Of a stretch of 64,000 nucleotides of DNA, positions 55,701 to 64,000 are shown in pieces (within the stretch, counting starts at the first letter, position 1; the number at the start of each line of letters is the position of its first letter). The position numbers were made by a program, and so were the translations under genes. This stretch comes from Spirochaetia bacterium. GTDB taxonomy: Bacteria > Spirochaetota > Spirochaetia > CADAEX01. The stretch covers positions 256,001 through 320,000 of the forward strand of contig OY759746.1 of the NCBI GenBank assembly GCA_963662795.1, given 5' to 3'. Under the pieces are notes generated by a model, which saw nothing but the letters and a program-made list of their open reading frames with translations, was not told the DNA's origin and did not search any database.

Positions 55701-55813
55701 GGAAAAAGACTGATCGGTATTGTGAAAAAAGAAAGCAAACCGAATAAAAAAAAGGCAAGCAGTGCCATTAATATAAGAATTGGCCTTTTTATTGATAAAT
55801 CGACTATATGCAT
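52715..55813 (-). CDS. RND efflux permease (AcrB family)
   Basis: SIKRP, YPGASP, VVIENI, TLTP, GIVVNNAI, PILM, GAEMRQPM. Confidence 0.95.
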   Translation of the reverse strand: MHIVDLSIKRPILILMALLAFFLFGLLSFFTIPISLFPDASIPYVAIQTVYPGASPDIIETQITKKIEDKISSISDLDSITSYSMDSLSIIIAQFNYGKDENLALQEVRDKVDVVTSDFPDDAEKPKMSKINLSDVMPIMNIVLEGEMPATELYTYASTTVNDRLSQVPGVGSITLSGGKEREIRVELERYTVYEQAIPIMQINGILAAANIEIPGGNFQYENRDIPVGMKGKFKSLDEIKNLDVPTGNGIFKLRQLAEVKDSSKTARERTILLDKKAGTRDDNAIVIQVVKNPSANTVSVVNGIMKQIDEIEAMSAGRVKLKVIKEDATYVKDTVNDTLNNIYLGVILTGLVLLFFLHDIRSTIIVALAMPFSIISTFLIMKAMGINLNILSLMGLSSATGTLVANSVVVIENIFRHKEMGHSRIESASRGTKEVLLAVFASTLTNVAVFVPLANMSSIMGSMMGNFAYTIVIATVFSIIVSFTLTPLMASRILPEKVKRETKIGIWLEAFFKKWDMGYKWLLSGVLKNKWTSAAVVLLTLIIFAVSIDSASHLQFELFPQTDGGKMQVNVELPQGNDIDSTGQVLAEIERRLSEYEEVEAIQTNLGTMGMLDQDVSLAQMSVYLVPRSERKAGINILASKMIRELSDISGAAIRVSPVSEIQLASTSAIDLFLKGDDNDTLQSIADEIKARMNKIPGVTNVSLSSKSGKLELSFSPNRKQISEDGLSVQAVALTLRAAVDGFVATTYKDGSEEYDVRVTIKDSSLKNIDDIKNIPIISKAGVFPLSRYADIYFSDSSSKIMRLDKVRTVEITADTLGGYAVGNLLPQINKSISEINMPAGYSVSEGGTTEMLGDTVKDLAIVFIIAVILVYMLLAATLESLSQPLFILSTVPLSIIGVVFLCLIMGTVVNGTAMLGMVMLVGIVVNNAILMLDYYNQLKQKGYSTHDALIEACPVKLKPILMSNIAIVLGMLPMAMGIGASGAEMRQPMGMVIIGGIISATILTLFLIPALEYLLSHSSNAEKKIMEVRK

Positions 55814-55817
55814 ATCT

Positions 55818-56873
55818 TTATTCCTGTTTCGCCGCGGTTGAGCCGACAACCCTGACACGCATACCGTCGGTCAGATCCTGAATACCTTTTGATACAATAT
55901 GATCGTCTGTATAAAGCCCTTCGGTAACCTCAAGCAGGAGTCCTTTTTCCCTGCCGGTTTTTATTATCCGTTTTTCCGCTGCATCCCCGTTTACAACAAA
56001 GACATAAAAACCATCTTCAGTATTAATAGTTTCATTCCGATTTATTACAATTGCATTACTTTTCCTGTATGTTTCAACCGATACATCGACGCTCATACCG
56101 CTTACAAGAAATATGGGCTTTTCACTGAAAAACGCCTTGACCGGGAATGCTTTTTTCTCTGCATCCATTGTAAGCGATATTTCGCTTATACGTCCAATAA
56201 GCAGTTCACCGCGATTTTCAATTGATGCGGGAGACCCTGTTTTAATCTGACTGATTTCATCAACTGAAACATAAAACAATGCTTCGAATCCGTCATTATT
56301 TGAAATGGTAAAAAGAGCATCGCCTGATTTAATATCTGAAGAAGTATGTACATAAAGCTGTGTTACATATCCGTCAATAGGCGCCTTGATTTCGATCATT
56401 TCCCTGGCTGCCCTGAATGCTTCCCGTGCCAGTTCATACTGGGTCTGGATATTATCAAGGCTCTGTTTGGATACCCCGCCGTCCCTGAAAAGAACCTGCA
56501 GCCTGTTATATTCCGACTCAAGATTTTCGAGTCTCAATTTTGCCTGCTGGTATGCTGAATTGTCGTGAGATAAAACAAGGACAACCTGATCGCGTTTAAC
56601 CTTATCACCTATTTTTACACGAACTTCACGTACGACATCACTTATATCGGAATATGCTATTGACTGGTTTTGGGCCCTGAATTCAGCAGGGAAGGAAAGA
56701 GAAACTGAAAAAGATTCAGGTTTAATTGCCCTGACATTTACCGGCTTTCCTTCTTCTGCATATATCTGTTCCATGCTTCTGGAATCAGCTGTTTTTTCAT
56801 TTTGTCCGGTGCAGGATGCAAAGATGATACTGATTAAAACCGCTATCAGCACATAAATTGACTTGTTTTGCAT
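55818..56873 (-). CDS. RND membrane fusion (periplasmic adaptor) lipoprotein
   Basis: Lipobox IFASC; VKIGDKVKRDQ, IKAPIDG, GMS, EVTEGL. Confidence 0.9.
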   Translation of the reverse strand: MQNKSIYVLIAVLISIIFASCTGQNEKTADSRSMEQIYAEEGKPVNVRAIKPESFSVSLSFPAEFRAQNQSIAYSDISDVVREVRVKIGDKVKRDQVVLVLSHDNSAYQQAKLRLENLESEYNRLQVLFRDGGVSKQSLDNIQTQYELAREAFRAAREMIEIKAPIDGYVTQLYVHTSSDIKSGDALFTISNNDGFEALFYVSVDEISQIKTGSPASIENRGELLIGRISEISLTMDAEKKAFPVKAFFSEKPIFLVSGMSVDVSVETYRKSNAIVINRNETINTEDGFYVFVVNGDAAEKRIIKTGREKGLLLEVTEGLYTDDHIVSKGIQDLTDGMRVRVVGSTAAKQE

Positions 56874-56948
56874 TAATTCTACCTCTTCATTGAACATTGT
56901 GCATTTTTGAATAATGTTCAGTCAACATATAAAAAAGGTATCTTTTTG

Positions 56949-57635
56949 TCAAGGATGTTCAGTTTTTATTTCTTCAGAAACAGGCGAAATAAACAGGCCT
57001 CTTGAAATAATGTCGCGGAAGACGGAAAAAATAGTATCTGTACTGAAATACTCTAAAAAAGGATTGTCTGACTGGAATATGAAATCCTGGAATTTGATTC
57101 CCTGTATCAAAGAGAAAAAAATGTCAATGATTGTAACTGCCAAAAGTTCGGGATCAGCATGCATGACAAGAGTACCGTCGGATTTGCCGGCTCTGAAAAT
57201 ATCGGCGATAAAAGAGACAAAAGAGGAGAACTTATTTCTGATTGAATTCCGTATTACTCTGCCGACAACTTCCGAAGGCCCAGCGGAGTTAAATGATAAT
57301 TGACCGAACAATTCAATATGCGGGTCTCTTCCAATAATTTCAAGATAATCAAGAAGCTTTATAAGCCTTTCTGCGCCGCTTCCTGCAGTCCCGACAAATG
57401 AAAATAAAGAGTTCTGCTGTCTGGCTGTAAATTCCGCAATAAGGTTCGCGGCGATATCTTCCTTGGTTTTAAAGTAAAGATACAAGGCTCCTGTGCTAAC
57501 ATCAGCACGTCTTGCAATCTCGCGGATTGTAACGCCGGCATAGTTCTTTTCATGGACGAAAATCTGTTTACAGATTTTAAGAATTCGTTCCTTTGTTTCC
57601 TTTTTGCGGCGTTCAACTCTTGAAATCATTTTCAT
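56949..57635 (-). CDS. TetR family regulator
   Basis: TIREIARRADVSTGALYLYFKTKE. Confidence 0.92.
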   Translation of the reverse strand: MKMISRVERRKKETKERILKICKQIFVHEKNYAGVTIREIARRADVSTGALYLYFKTKEDIAANLIAEFTARQQNSLFSFVGTAGSGAERLIKLLDYLEIIGRDPHIELFGQLSFNSAGPSEVVGRVIRNSIRNKFSSFVSFIADIFRAGKSDGTLVMHADPELLAVTIIDIFFSLIQGIKFQDFIFQSDNPFLEYFSTDTIFSVFRDIISRGLFISPVSEEIKTEHP

Positions 57636-57733
57636 AGGGCAAAGCTCCTGAAAATTAGTTTTATCATAATATCATTTATCTTTTTACAAATAAAGAAATA
57701 TAAAGCAAGAAACAAGGCAAGGGATATGACTGA

Positions 57734-58528
57734 TCAGCTTATTTCCTCAAGATAGGATTGGTACCGCCCGTTAACCCTGTCAAATACAATTGCGCCAAGT
57801 TCCTTCCTTTCAAGATTTCCGGGATCAAGGGCTTTCAGCATTTCAAGTTCAACATCAAGCGATTTAAGCATCATAACCTTCATAAACTGAGGCATGAATT
57901 TCATACCGCCAAAATATCCTATTCTTGCAAAATCATCAGTTGTAAAGTTCTTTCCATTAATTTTTTTATACATTATGCAGACAGGAAGTATTTGAGCGCC
58001 TGTGCCTGTTACTGCGCTCATCAGGGAGCTTTTAAAGGGAAGAAGGGCCTTTCCGTTTGAGCAGGTTGATTCAGGAAAAAAGCAGACATTGAGCTTCCTT
58101 CTGAAGGCATTTCCAATTTCAGGTATTTCAGTCTTTAAGGTCGTAATTTTACGCCTTTCTACAAACAAACATCCGGCAAGTACCGCGATCTGTCCGAGAA
58201 AAGCTCTCCTTTTCATATCTGTGGAAGTTATTAAAAGGGTTCTGAACTTTGCCACAATAAGAAAAACGTCCACAAAGGAAACATGGTTGCCCATTATGTA
58301 CCATGATTTTTTATCTGAATAATTATCCTCACCCTTAAAGACTGCCTTTATATTCAAAATCCGGATAAATATCCAGGCAAAAAAGCTGTTTATGCGTGAG
58401 AGGATATTTTTCCTTCTGTAGCGGTCTGCAGGCAGTATAAAAGCAACGGCTGCGGCAATTGCGTAGAAACCTATCGTAACCACACATAAAAATAATTTAT
58501 AAATCAGTCTCCATAGCTGAAGAATCAT
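57734..58528 (-). CDS. 1-acyl-sn-glycerol-3-phosphate acyltransferase (PlsC family)
   Basis: NHVSFVD, FVER, FPEST, PFK. Confidence 0.88.
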   Translation of the reverse strand: MILQLWRLIYKLFLCVVTIGFYAIAAAVAFILPADRYRRKNILSRINSFFAWIFIRILNIKAVFKGEDNYSDKKSWYIMGNHVSFVDVFLIVAKFRTLLITSTDMKRRAFLGQIAVLAGCLFVERRKITTLKTEIPEIGNAFRRKLNVCFFPESTCSNGKALLPFKSSLMSAVTGTGAQILPVCIMYKKINGKNFTTDDFARIGYFGGMKFMPQFMKVMMLKSLDVELEMLKALDPGNLERKELGAIVFDRVNGRYQSYLEEIS

Positions 58529-58635
58529 CAGGTTGCCCCCGTTTTTGAGACTTGTCGGTATCTTTAACAAAGCAGATCCTGCGGTTATAATAAGCCGCCT
58601 GAATACAAAAAATCAACACGGGAGAGTAGCTTATT

Positions 58636-59055
58636 ATGTCAGAGACAGAAATTGTTGTAAGATACGCGGAAACAGACCAGATGAAAATAGTTCACCATTC
58701 AGTTTATGCAATATGGTTTGAAGCTGCAAGAACCGATTATATGGAAAAGGCAGGATACCCCTATGCCCGTATAGAAGAAGAGGGGCTGATGCTTCCTCTT
58801 TCAAAACTTGAATGCAAATTTCTTTCAGGGGCAAGGTACGGCGATACAGTTGTAATCAAAACTTTTATGAAGAAAATAACTCCTGTCAGGCTTGAAATTC
58901 ATTACACAGCTTACCGTAAAAAAGACAGCGCTCTCCTGGCTGAGGGGATAACAGTGCATGCATGGACAGACAGCAGTCTTAAAATAATAAACCTGAAAAA
59001 AAAGTCTCCTGCCTTATACAGCCTCCTTGAAAAAGAAGCGGGTGCAGATGCATGA
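58636..59055 (+). CDS. Acyl-CoA thioesterase (YbgC/4HBT family)
   Basis: VRYAETDQMKIVHHSVY..WFEAAR. Confidence 0.92.
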   Translation: MSETEIVVRYAETDQMKIVHHSVYAIWFEAARTDYMEKAGYPYARIEEEGLMLPLSKLECKFLSGARYGDTVVIKTFMKKITPVRLEIHYTAYRKKDSALLAEGITVHAWTDSSLKIINLKKKSPALYSLLEKEAGADA

Positions 59056-59082
59056 GCCTGAAAGCTCCCGCAATAGACACAT

Positions 59083-59126
59083 AAAAAAAGCCGGTCAATC
59101 AGTACCCTGACAACCGGCTCTTTTTT
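59083..59126. terminator. Bidirectional intrinsic terminator
   Basis: A7-GCCGGT...ACCGGC-TCTTTTTT between convergent genes. Confidence 0.75.
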
Positions 59127-59152
59127 AATCTTTTTCTATAGAAAAGAAAGCT

Positions 59153-61621
59153 TTATAATCCCAAATCCACAACAAAGACTACCCTTCTGTTCTTCCATCT
59201 TTCTTTTAAGTCTTTAACAGGCGCGATAGGATGTTTTCCGCCGAATGCCTCAATTTTGAGAGACTTTTCAGGAACACCGAGTTTTATGAGCTCTTTCCTT
59301 ACGCTTTCAGCCCTGTCTACAGTAAGTTTTTCAAGTATTGCTTCTTCTTTTTTCTCCCTTGCGGTGCCTGCTCCGAGCAGGACATTCAAGGCATGCCCTT
59401 CGATAACAACAGAGTATTCAGGATAGGCTTTCATAAGATCTGCAACCCGTTTTAGTGATTTTCTGTTGATTGCCGCGGTTTCCTTTCCCCTTGAATCAAT
59501 AGATGATTTATAGGCAGAAAAGATAATATTTTCAGTGTTGATGTAGTATTTCCCGTCCCTTTTTATCAGAGCTATATCAACAGGAAATTCTCCCTTTGCT
59601 GTACCTATATTGCCGGCCATATCTGCTACACGGATTGAAGCAGTATATACAGCACCGGAGATAAGCTTATAGTTGTTCTCAGTTTCGCCGGACCATATAA
59701 TATTTGATTCAGGGTCACCTTCTGCGGAAAAACTCATAACCTGTTTTCCATCAGAATCGGTAATAACGCCTTCCCATCCGTAAATTTTATAATTCTCTTT
59801 TACATCAAGGGCAAAATCGGTCTCTCCCTCGTAACTTCCTCCTGCATCCGCAAAAGGAGTGGAAGAAATACCAAGATCGACAAGAGGCGCGGTAAGGTCG
59901 TAATAAATATCATCTATCTTTTTCTCTGTTACGCCGCCGTTACTGTAAACAACCTTGAATCCTGCATTGTAGAAACCCTCGCCGTTTCCGGTTTTTCCGT
60001 CCCAGAATATGTGATCGGGAAGAGTGTTTCCTCCGCTTTCAGATGCCGCGATTTTCCCGCTGCTGTCTTTAAGCTCAAATGTCCATGAAGTTATCTCGTC
60101 TTTCGGTCCGGATATCACTTTGAAATAAAGACCTGAATTATCTTTGCCATCAAGAAGCCTGATTATGCCGGGTATCACAAGAATATCAGCAGCGCCTACT
60201 CTTCTTTTAACCGTAATTTTTTCTGTCTTGTGGTTATAGGTATTTCCAGCCCTGTCTGTAAACGAGGCGGATAGAAAATAATCGCCGTCACTCAGATAAT
60301 TTCCAGAATCATCCATACCTTCCCAGACAATCAGAGATGTTGTATCCTCGTCAGAGGTTTCCACAACTTCCCTGCCGCTGCTGTCTTTTATAACTCCCTT
60401 CCATGTAACTATCTCGTCTGATTTGAAGGAAATATCTGTACTGTTCCCGGGTTCATCCCTGCCCGGTGATATGACACGGCTGCTGATATTTACAGATACT
60501 GTCGGCATTACCCTGTCAATTACTATTGCTTCACTATGGGCAACTTTAGCCCCGTTATCATAGAAGTTTACAAATCCTGCATTATATTCCCCGTCAGGAA
60601 GCATAGTCCCGTTACTGTCAAGACCGTCAAAAACTGCTTCGTACATACCGGGTTCGCTGCCTGTGTAGGAAGCCTTTATTCCTCCTGTTTCATCAGCAAG
60701 AAAAACTTCCCAGTTTTTAAGGCCTTCCGGGTCGTTATGGCCGAAGGAGAGAACTATTGTATCCTTTGATCCGTCGTTATTGGGTGAAACATAATGATCA
60801 GAAAGCCTGAAAACAATTGCGGGATTTCTTGTATCGATGACAATCCCTTCTATTGTTTTTTCATCCATTTTATTGCCGGCAAGATCGGTTGAATTCAGCT
60901 TATATGTGTATTTGCCGTCAGGCAGAATCATGCCGCCGTTATCTTTTCCGTCCCAGAGCAGTTTTTCAGGAGGTGTCCCTTTCCATTCATATTTTTTTAC
61001 AGCTTTGTTATCGGAAGAATATATTTCAGCTGTCCAGAGGTGTTCGTCACTGCCGTTAATATGGCTGATTTCAAAAAAATCAATAGACCCGTCATTATCG
61101 GGAGAGAATTTTGGATTGGCAGGGCCTTTTAACGTAATGTCAGGTTTAACTGTATCCACAACATATTCGTCGAGGTCTGCCTCCCTAACTATTCCGGCAG
61201 GATCTTTTATCCAGATTTTTGTATTGTATATACCATCAGACACAACCTTTCCGTCCAGGTCCTTCCCGTCCCATACAATGGATTTTTCAAGCGTAAATTT
61301 TGAATATTTTGTAAAAAGTCTTATAAACCAGCCGATATCGGACTTTTCAGTTTTTACAACTTCCTTTACAGTCTTTCCGGCTTTATCAATTACTTTTACA
61401 CCATATTCAGGAACATACCCCTGCTTGCTTTTGACATATAACTCTACATTGAACTTCAGCTCCGCGCTGTCCTGTACTTTGTTATTGTCAGGCGATATAT
61501 ACTGAGTTCCGGATGTTGTTACAGTAAGGCTGGGCTCTTCACGTTTCCCTCCTGCATGAAGAGACACAGATACCATAATAAGTATCAGTAACTGAAATAA
61601 AATCTTTTTCAATTTGTTCAC
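59153..61621 (-). CDS. Exported protein with FlgD-like Ig repeats and C-terminal OmpA domain
   Basis: Signal peptide ending HAGGKRE; about six repeats SPxxDG..WDG..G..LPDG.Y..D.AGN; OmpA-like IEGHA..RA..V..FGG..P..NRRV. Confidence 0.85.
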   Translation of the reverse strand: MNKLKKILFQLLILIMVSVSLHAGGKREEPSLTVTTSGTQYISPDNNKVQDSAELKFNVELYVKSKQGYVPEYGVKVIDKAGKTVKEVVKTEKSDIGWFIRLFTKYSKFTLEKSIVWDGKDLDGKVVSDGIYNTKIWIKDPAGIVREADLDEYVVDTVKPDITLKGPANPKFSPDNDGSIDFFEISHINGSDEHLWTAEIYSSDNKAVKKYEWKGTPPEKLLWDGKDNGGMILPDGKYTYKLNSTDLAGNKMDEKTIEGIVIDTRNPAIVFRLSDHYVSPNNDGSKDTIVLSFGHNDPEGLKNWEVFLADETGGIKASYTGSEPGMYEAVFDGLDSNGTMLPDGEYNAGFVNFYDNGAKVAHSEAIVIDRVMPTVSVNISSRVISPGRDEPGNSTDISFKSDEIVTWKGVIKDSSGREVVETSDEDTTSLIVWEGMDDSGNYLSDGDYFLSASFTDRAGNTYNHKTEKITVKRRVGAADILVIPGIIRLLDGKDNSGLYFKVISGPKDEITSWTFELKDSSGKIAASESGGNTLPDHIFWDGKTGNGEGFYNAGFKVVYSNGGVTEKKIDDIYYDLTAPLVDLGISSTPFADAGGSYEGETDFALDVKENYKIYGWEGVITDSDGKQVMSFSAEGDPESNIIWSGETENNYKLISGAVYTASIRVADMAGNIGTAKGEFPVDIALIKRDGKYYINTENIIFSAYKSSIDSRGKETAAINRKSLKRVADLMKAYPEYSVVIEGHALNVLLGAGTAREKKEEAILEKLTVDRAESVRKELIKLGVPEKSLKIEAFGGKHPIAPVKDLKERWKNRRVVFVVDLGL

Positions 61622-61788
61622 CTCTTAATTTTATAATAATTATTATAACATATTTTCAGCCGCAAATATAATCATGCAACAAAAATAAGCAATATTTTAT
61701 GATATGGAAATATAAATACCCCTAATAAACAAATTTACTTGCACCCATGTTACAAAAATATTGAAAAAAGAGTGATAATAAAATAGGA

Positions 61789-62793
61789 TTGCCCATGCAT
61801 AAATTATTGATTTTTCTCAGGGAATCTGCGGTAAATACGTTAACTGTCTGCAGGATTCTCTTCATTCTGATGATACCTATCAGTATAATAATGAAAATAA
61901 TCAAGGAACTCGGGCTTATAGGATATATTGGGGATTTTCTTGCCCCTGTCATGGGTATTGTCGGGCTGCCTGGAAGCTACGGGCTTGTATGGGCTACGGC
62001 GATGTGCACAACCATTTACGGGGCAATGCTTGTTTTTTCAAATATAATAACGCAGCAGCCCATTACCACCGCGCAGACAACTGTCCTGGGTATAATGATT
62101 CTGGTCGCGCACGGGCTTCCGGTGGAAAGCTCCGTGGCAAGAAAATCCGGTATAAGATTAAGGGTTTCTCTTGTCATAAGAATCGGAATGGGAATTGTCT
62201 TCGGTTTTATTTTTTACCGCTTTTTCAGCTTTTTCAATCTTTATGATACAGAACCTGTAATCCTGTGGATTCCGAAAAACAGCGCGCCGGGAATTGCAGG
62301 CTGGGCAGCCGGAGAAGTTAAGAATTATGCTGTAATGACTGTGATAATTTTCACACTTATCACAGGGATGAAACTGCTTGAAAAATCCGGTTTTATCGGA
62401 ATACTTGTTAAACTCCTGCGGCCGCTGTTAAAAATTCTGGGAATAGGCGAAAAAGCAATACCGGTAACCATAATCGGAACAGTACTGGGCTATGCATACG
62501 GCGGAGGACTTATCATACAGGAGGCAAAATCAGGGAGGATAACAAAGAAAGACCTGTTTTATACTATAGTCCTTTTATCCCTCTGCCACAGTTTTATTGA
62601 AGACAGCCTGCTAATGGTATCAATCGGCAGCGCCGCGCTTCCTGTTTTTCTCGGAAGATTTGTCCTCGCATACATAACCTGTTCAATTATTGTTCTTCTC
62701 ACAAGGAGAATGGATTACAGCCTTTTTCTTAAAATATTTTTCAGGCCGGAGACAGCGGCAAAGAAAACCGCAGAGCAGCCGACAGGCCTTTGA
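61789..62793 (+). CDS. Nucleoside-recognition (gate) domain membrane protein
   Basis: LAPVMGIVGLP, AHGLPVE, GYAYGGGLII, LCHSFIEDS. Confidence 0.7.
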   Translation: MPMHKLLIFLRESAVNTLTVCRILFILMIPISIIMKIIKELGLIGYIGDFLAPVMGIVGLPGSYGLVWATAMCTTIYGAMLVFSNIITQQPITTAQTTVLGIMILVAHGLPVESSVARKSGIRLRVSLVIRIGMGIVFGFIFYRFFSFFNLYDTEPVILWIPKNSAPGIAGWAAGEVKNYAVMTVIIFTLITGMKLLEKSGFIGILVKLLRPLLKILGIGEKAIPVTIIGTVLGYAYGGGLIIQEAKSGRITKKDLFYTIVLLSLCHSFIEDSLLMVSIGSAALPVFLGRFVLAYITCSIIVLLTRRMDYSLFLKIFFRPETAAKKTAEQPTGL

Positions 62794-62808
62794 ATATTTA
62801 TGACTGAT

Positions 62809-62840
62809 AAAAAAAGCCGCTCCCGTATCCGGGGCGGCTT
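62809..62840 (-). terminator. Intrinsic terminator of glyA
   Basis: AAGCCGC-TCC/GGG-GCGGCTT stem with T7 on the minus strand. Confidence 0.75.
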
Positions 62841-62866
62841 CATCATTATGTTTTTTACAATTCCAT

Positions 62867-64000
62867 TTATTCGTACATCGGATATTTCGCTGTAAAAGCG
62901 TAAACTTCATCCCTTATTGCTGAAAGGGCCGCATCATCCTCAACATTCTCGACAACCCGTTTTATGAATTCAGCCACAACAGCCATTTCTGCTTTACCCA
63001 TGCCTCTTGTGGTAAGAGACGGCGTTCCAAGCCTTATCCCGCTTGTTACCATCGGCTTCTGCGGATCAAACGGGATTGTATTCTTGTTTGCGCTTATCGC
63101 GGCTTTGTCGAGGGCAGCTTCAACAGCTTTGCCGGTAAGTCCTTTCTTTGATACATCGACAAGCATGAGGTGGTTGTCCGTACCGCCTGAAACAAGTGTA
63201 AATCCCCTCTCCATAAGGGCGGAGGCGAGTGCTTTTGCGTTATCATTTACATTCTTCATGTATATTTTATAATCCGGCTTAAGGCATTCGCCGAAAGCTA
63301 CAGCTTTTGCGGCAATTATGTGCATCAGCGGGCCGCCCTGTATACCGGGGAATATTTCCCTGTTGATTTTTTTGGCAATTTCTTCGTTATTTGTAAGAAG
63401 ATAACCTCCTCTCGGACCGCGGAGAGTTTTATGTGTTGTACCGGTAACTATATCCGCATAGGGAACAGGTGAGGGATGAAGTCCTGTCGCTACCTGACCT
63501 CCGATATGCGCAATATCAACCATAAGGGAAGCTCCCACTTCATCGCATATTTCCCTGAATTTTTTAAAATCAAGGAACCTCGGATAGGCGCTGGCACCGG
63601 CGATTATCATTTTAGGGCTGTTTTCTTTTGCAATCTTCCTGAGTTTGTCGTAGTCTATCTGCTGTGTTTCAGGAGAAACCTGATAGGCAACCATATTATA
63701 ATGCTGCCCTGAGAAATTAAGGGGATGCCCGTGAGTAAGGTGTCCTCCGTGGCTTAAATCCATACCCATAACAGTATCGCCCGGTTTTACCAGAGACATA
63801 TACGCGGCCATATTTGCCTGAGAGCCGGAATGGGCCTGGACATTCGCGAATTGCGCGTTAAAAAGTGTCTTTATTCTGTCGATGGCAAGTTTTTCAGCTT
63901 CATCTACAAATTCACATCCCCCGTAATATCTTTTTGAAGGATAACCTTCGGCGTACTTGTTTGTCATGATACTGCCGTCCGCTTCAAGAACAGCCATTGA
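62867..64000 (-). CDS. glyA: Serine hydroxymethyltransferase, 5'-partial
   Basis: [43 protein letters not shown]. Confidence 0.98.
   Translation of the reverse strand, partial: SMAVLEADGSIMTNKYAEGYPSKRYYGGCEFVDEAEKLAIDRIKTLFNAQFANVQAHSGSQANMAAYMSLVKPGDTVMGMDLSHGGHLTHGHPLNFSGQHYNMVAYQVSPETQQIDYDKLRKIAKENSPKMIIAGASAYPRFLDFKKFREICDEVGASLMVDIAHIGGQVATGLHPSPVPYADIVTGTTHKTLRGPRGGYLLTNNEEIAKKINREIFPGIQGGPLMHIIAAKAVAFGECLKPDYKIYMKNVNDNAKALASALMERGFTLVSGGTDNHLMLVDVSKKGLTGKAVEAALDKAAISANKNTIPFDPQKPMVTSGIRLGTPSLTTRGMGKAEMAVVAEFIKRVVENVEDDAALSAIRDEVYAFTAKYPMYE

Noticed and set aside
60837-61505. Long antisense ORFs (also 2338-2994, 54294-54740, 36072-36572)
   Set aside because: Shadow frames of well-supported genes on the opposite strand, with Ser/Phe-rich composition and no motifs.

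Overview
A 64-kb chromosomal segment of an anaerobic spirochaete. The 16S rRNA carries Spirochaetia-type signatures (GGCGGCGCGTTTTAAGCATGC, GCAGCAGCTAAGAATCTTCCGC). The window holds a linked 16S-tRNAIle-23S-5S operon, housekeeping genes (thrS with a Thr T-box, pgsA, leuB, ispH, glyA, rmuC), an IclR-linked TRAP transporter, an RND efflux system, and a ~9-kb very AT-rich catabolic island. Three observations stand out. (1) The nrdR-nrdD-X-nrdG operon appears to encode a naturally split class III ribonucleotide reductase. The catalytic barrel stops after its Zn ribbon, and the glycyl-radical loop is on a separate 175-aa protein fused to a CPNC redoxin domain, with putative coiled-coil segments on both sides of the split. 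(2) A tandem array of GGA-loop hairpins matching the CsrA consensus lies just after the thrS T-box terminator, with a degenerate copy between the two rRNA terminators. (3) The AT-rich island looks like an uncharacterised hydroxy-amino-acid catabolic pathway and contains an unannotated maleate-isomerase/racemase remnant. All calls are from reading motifs by eye; no database searches were run.
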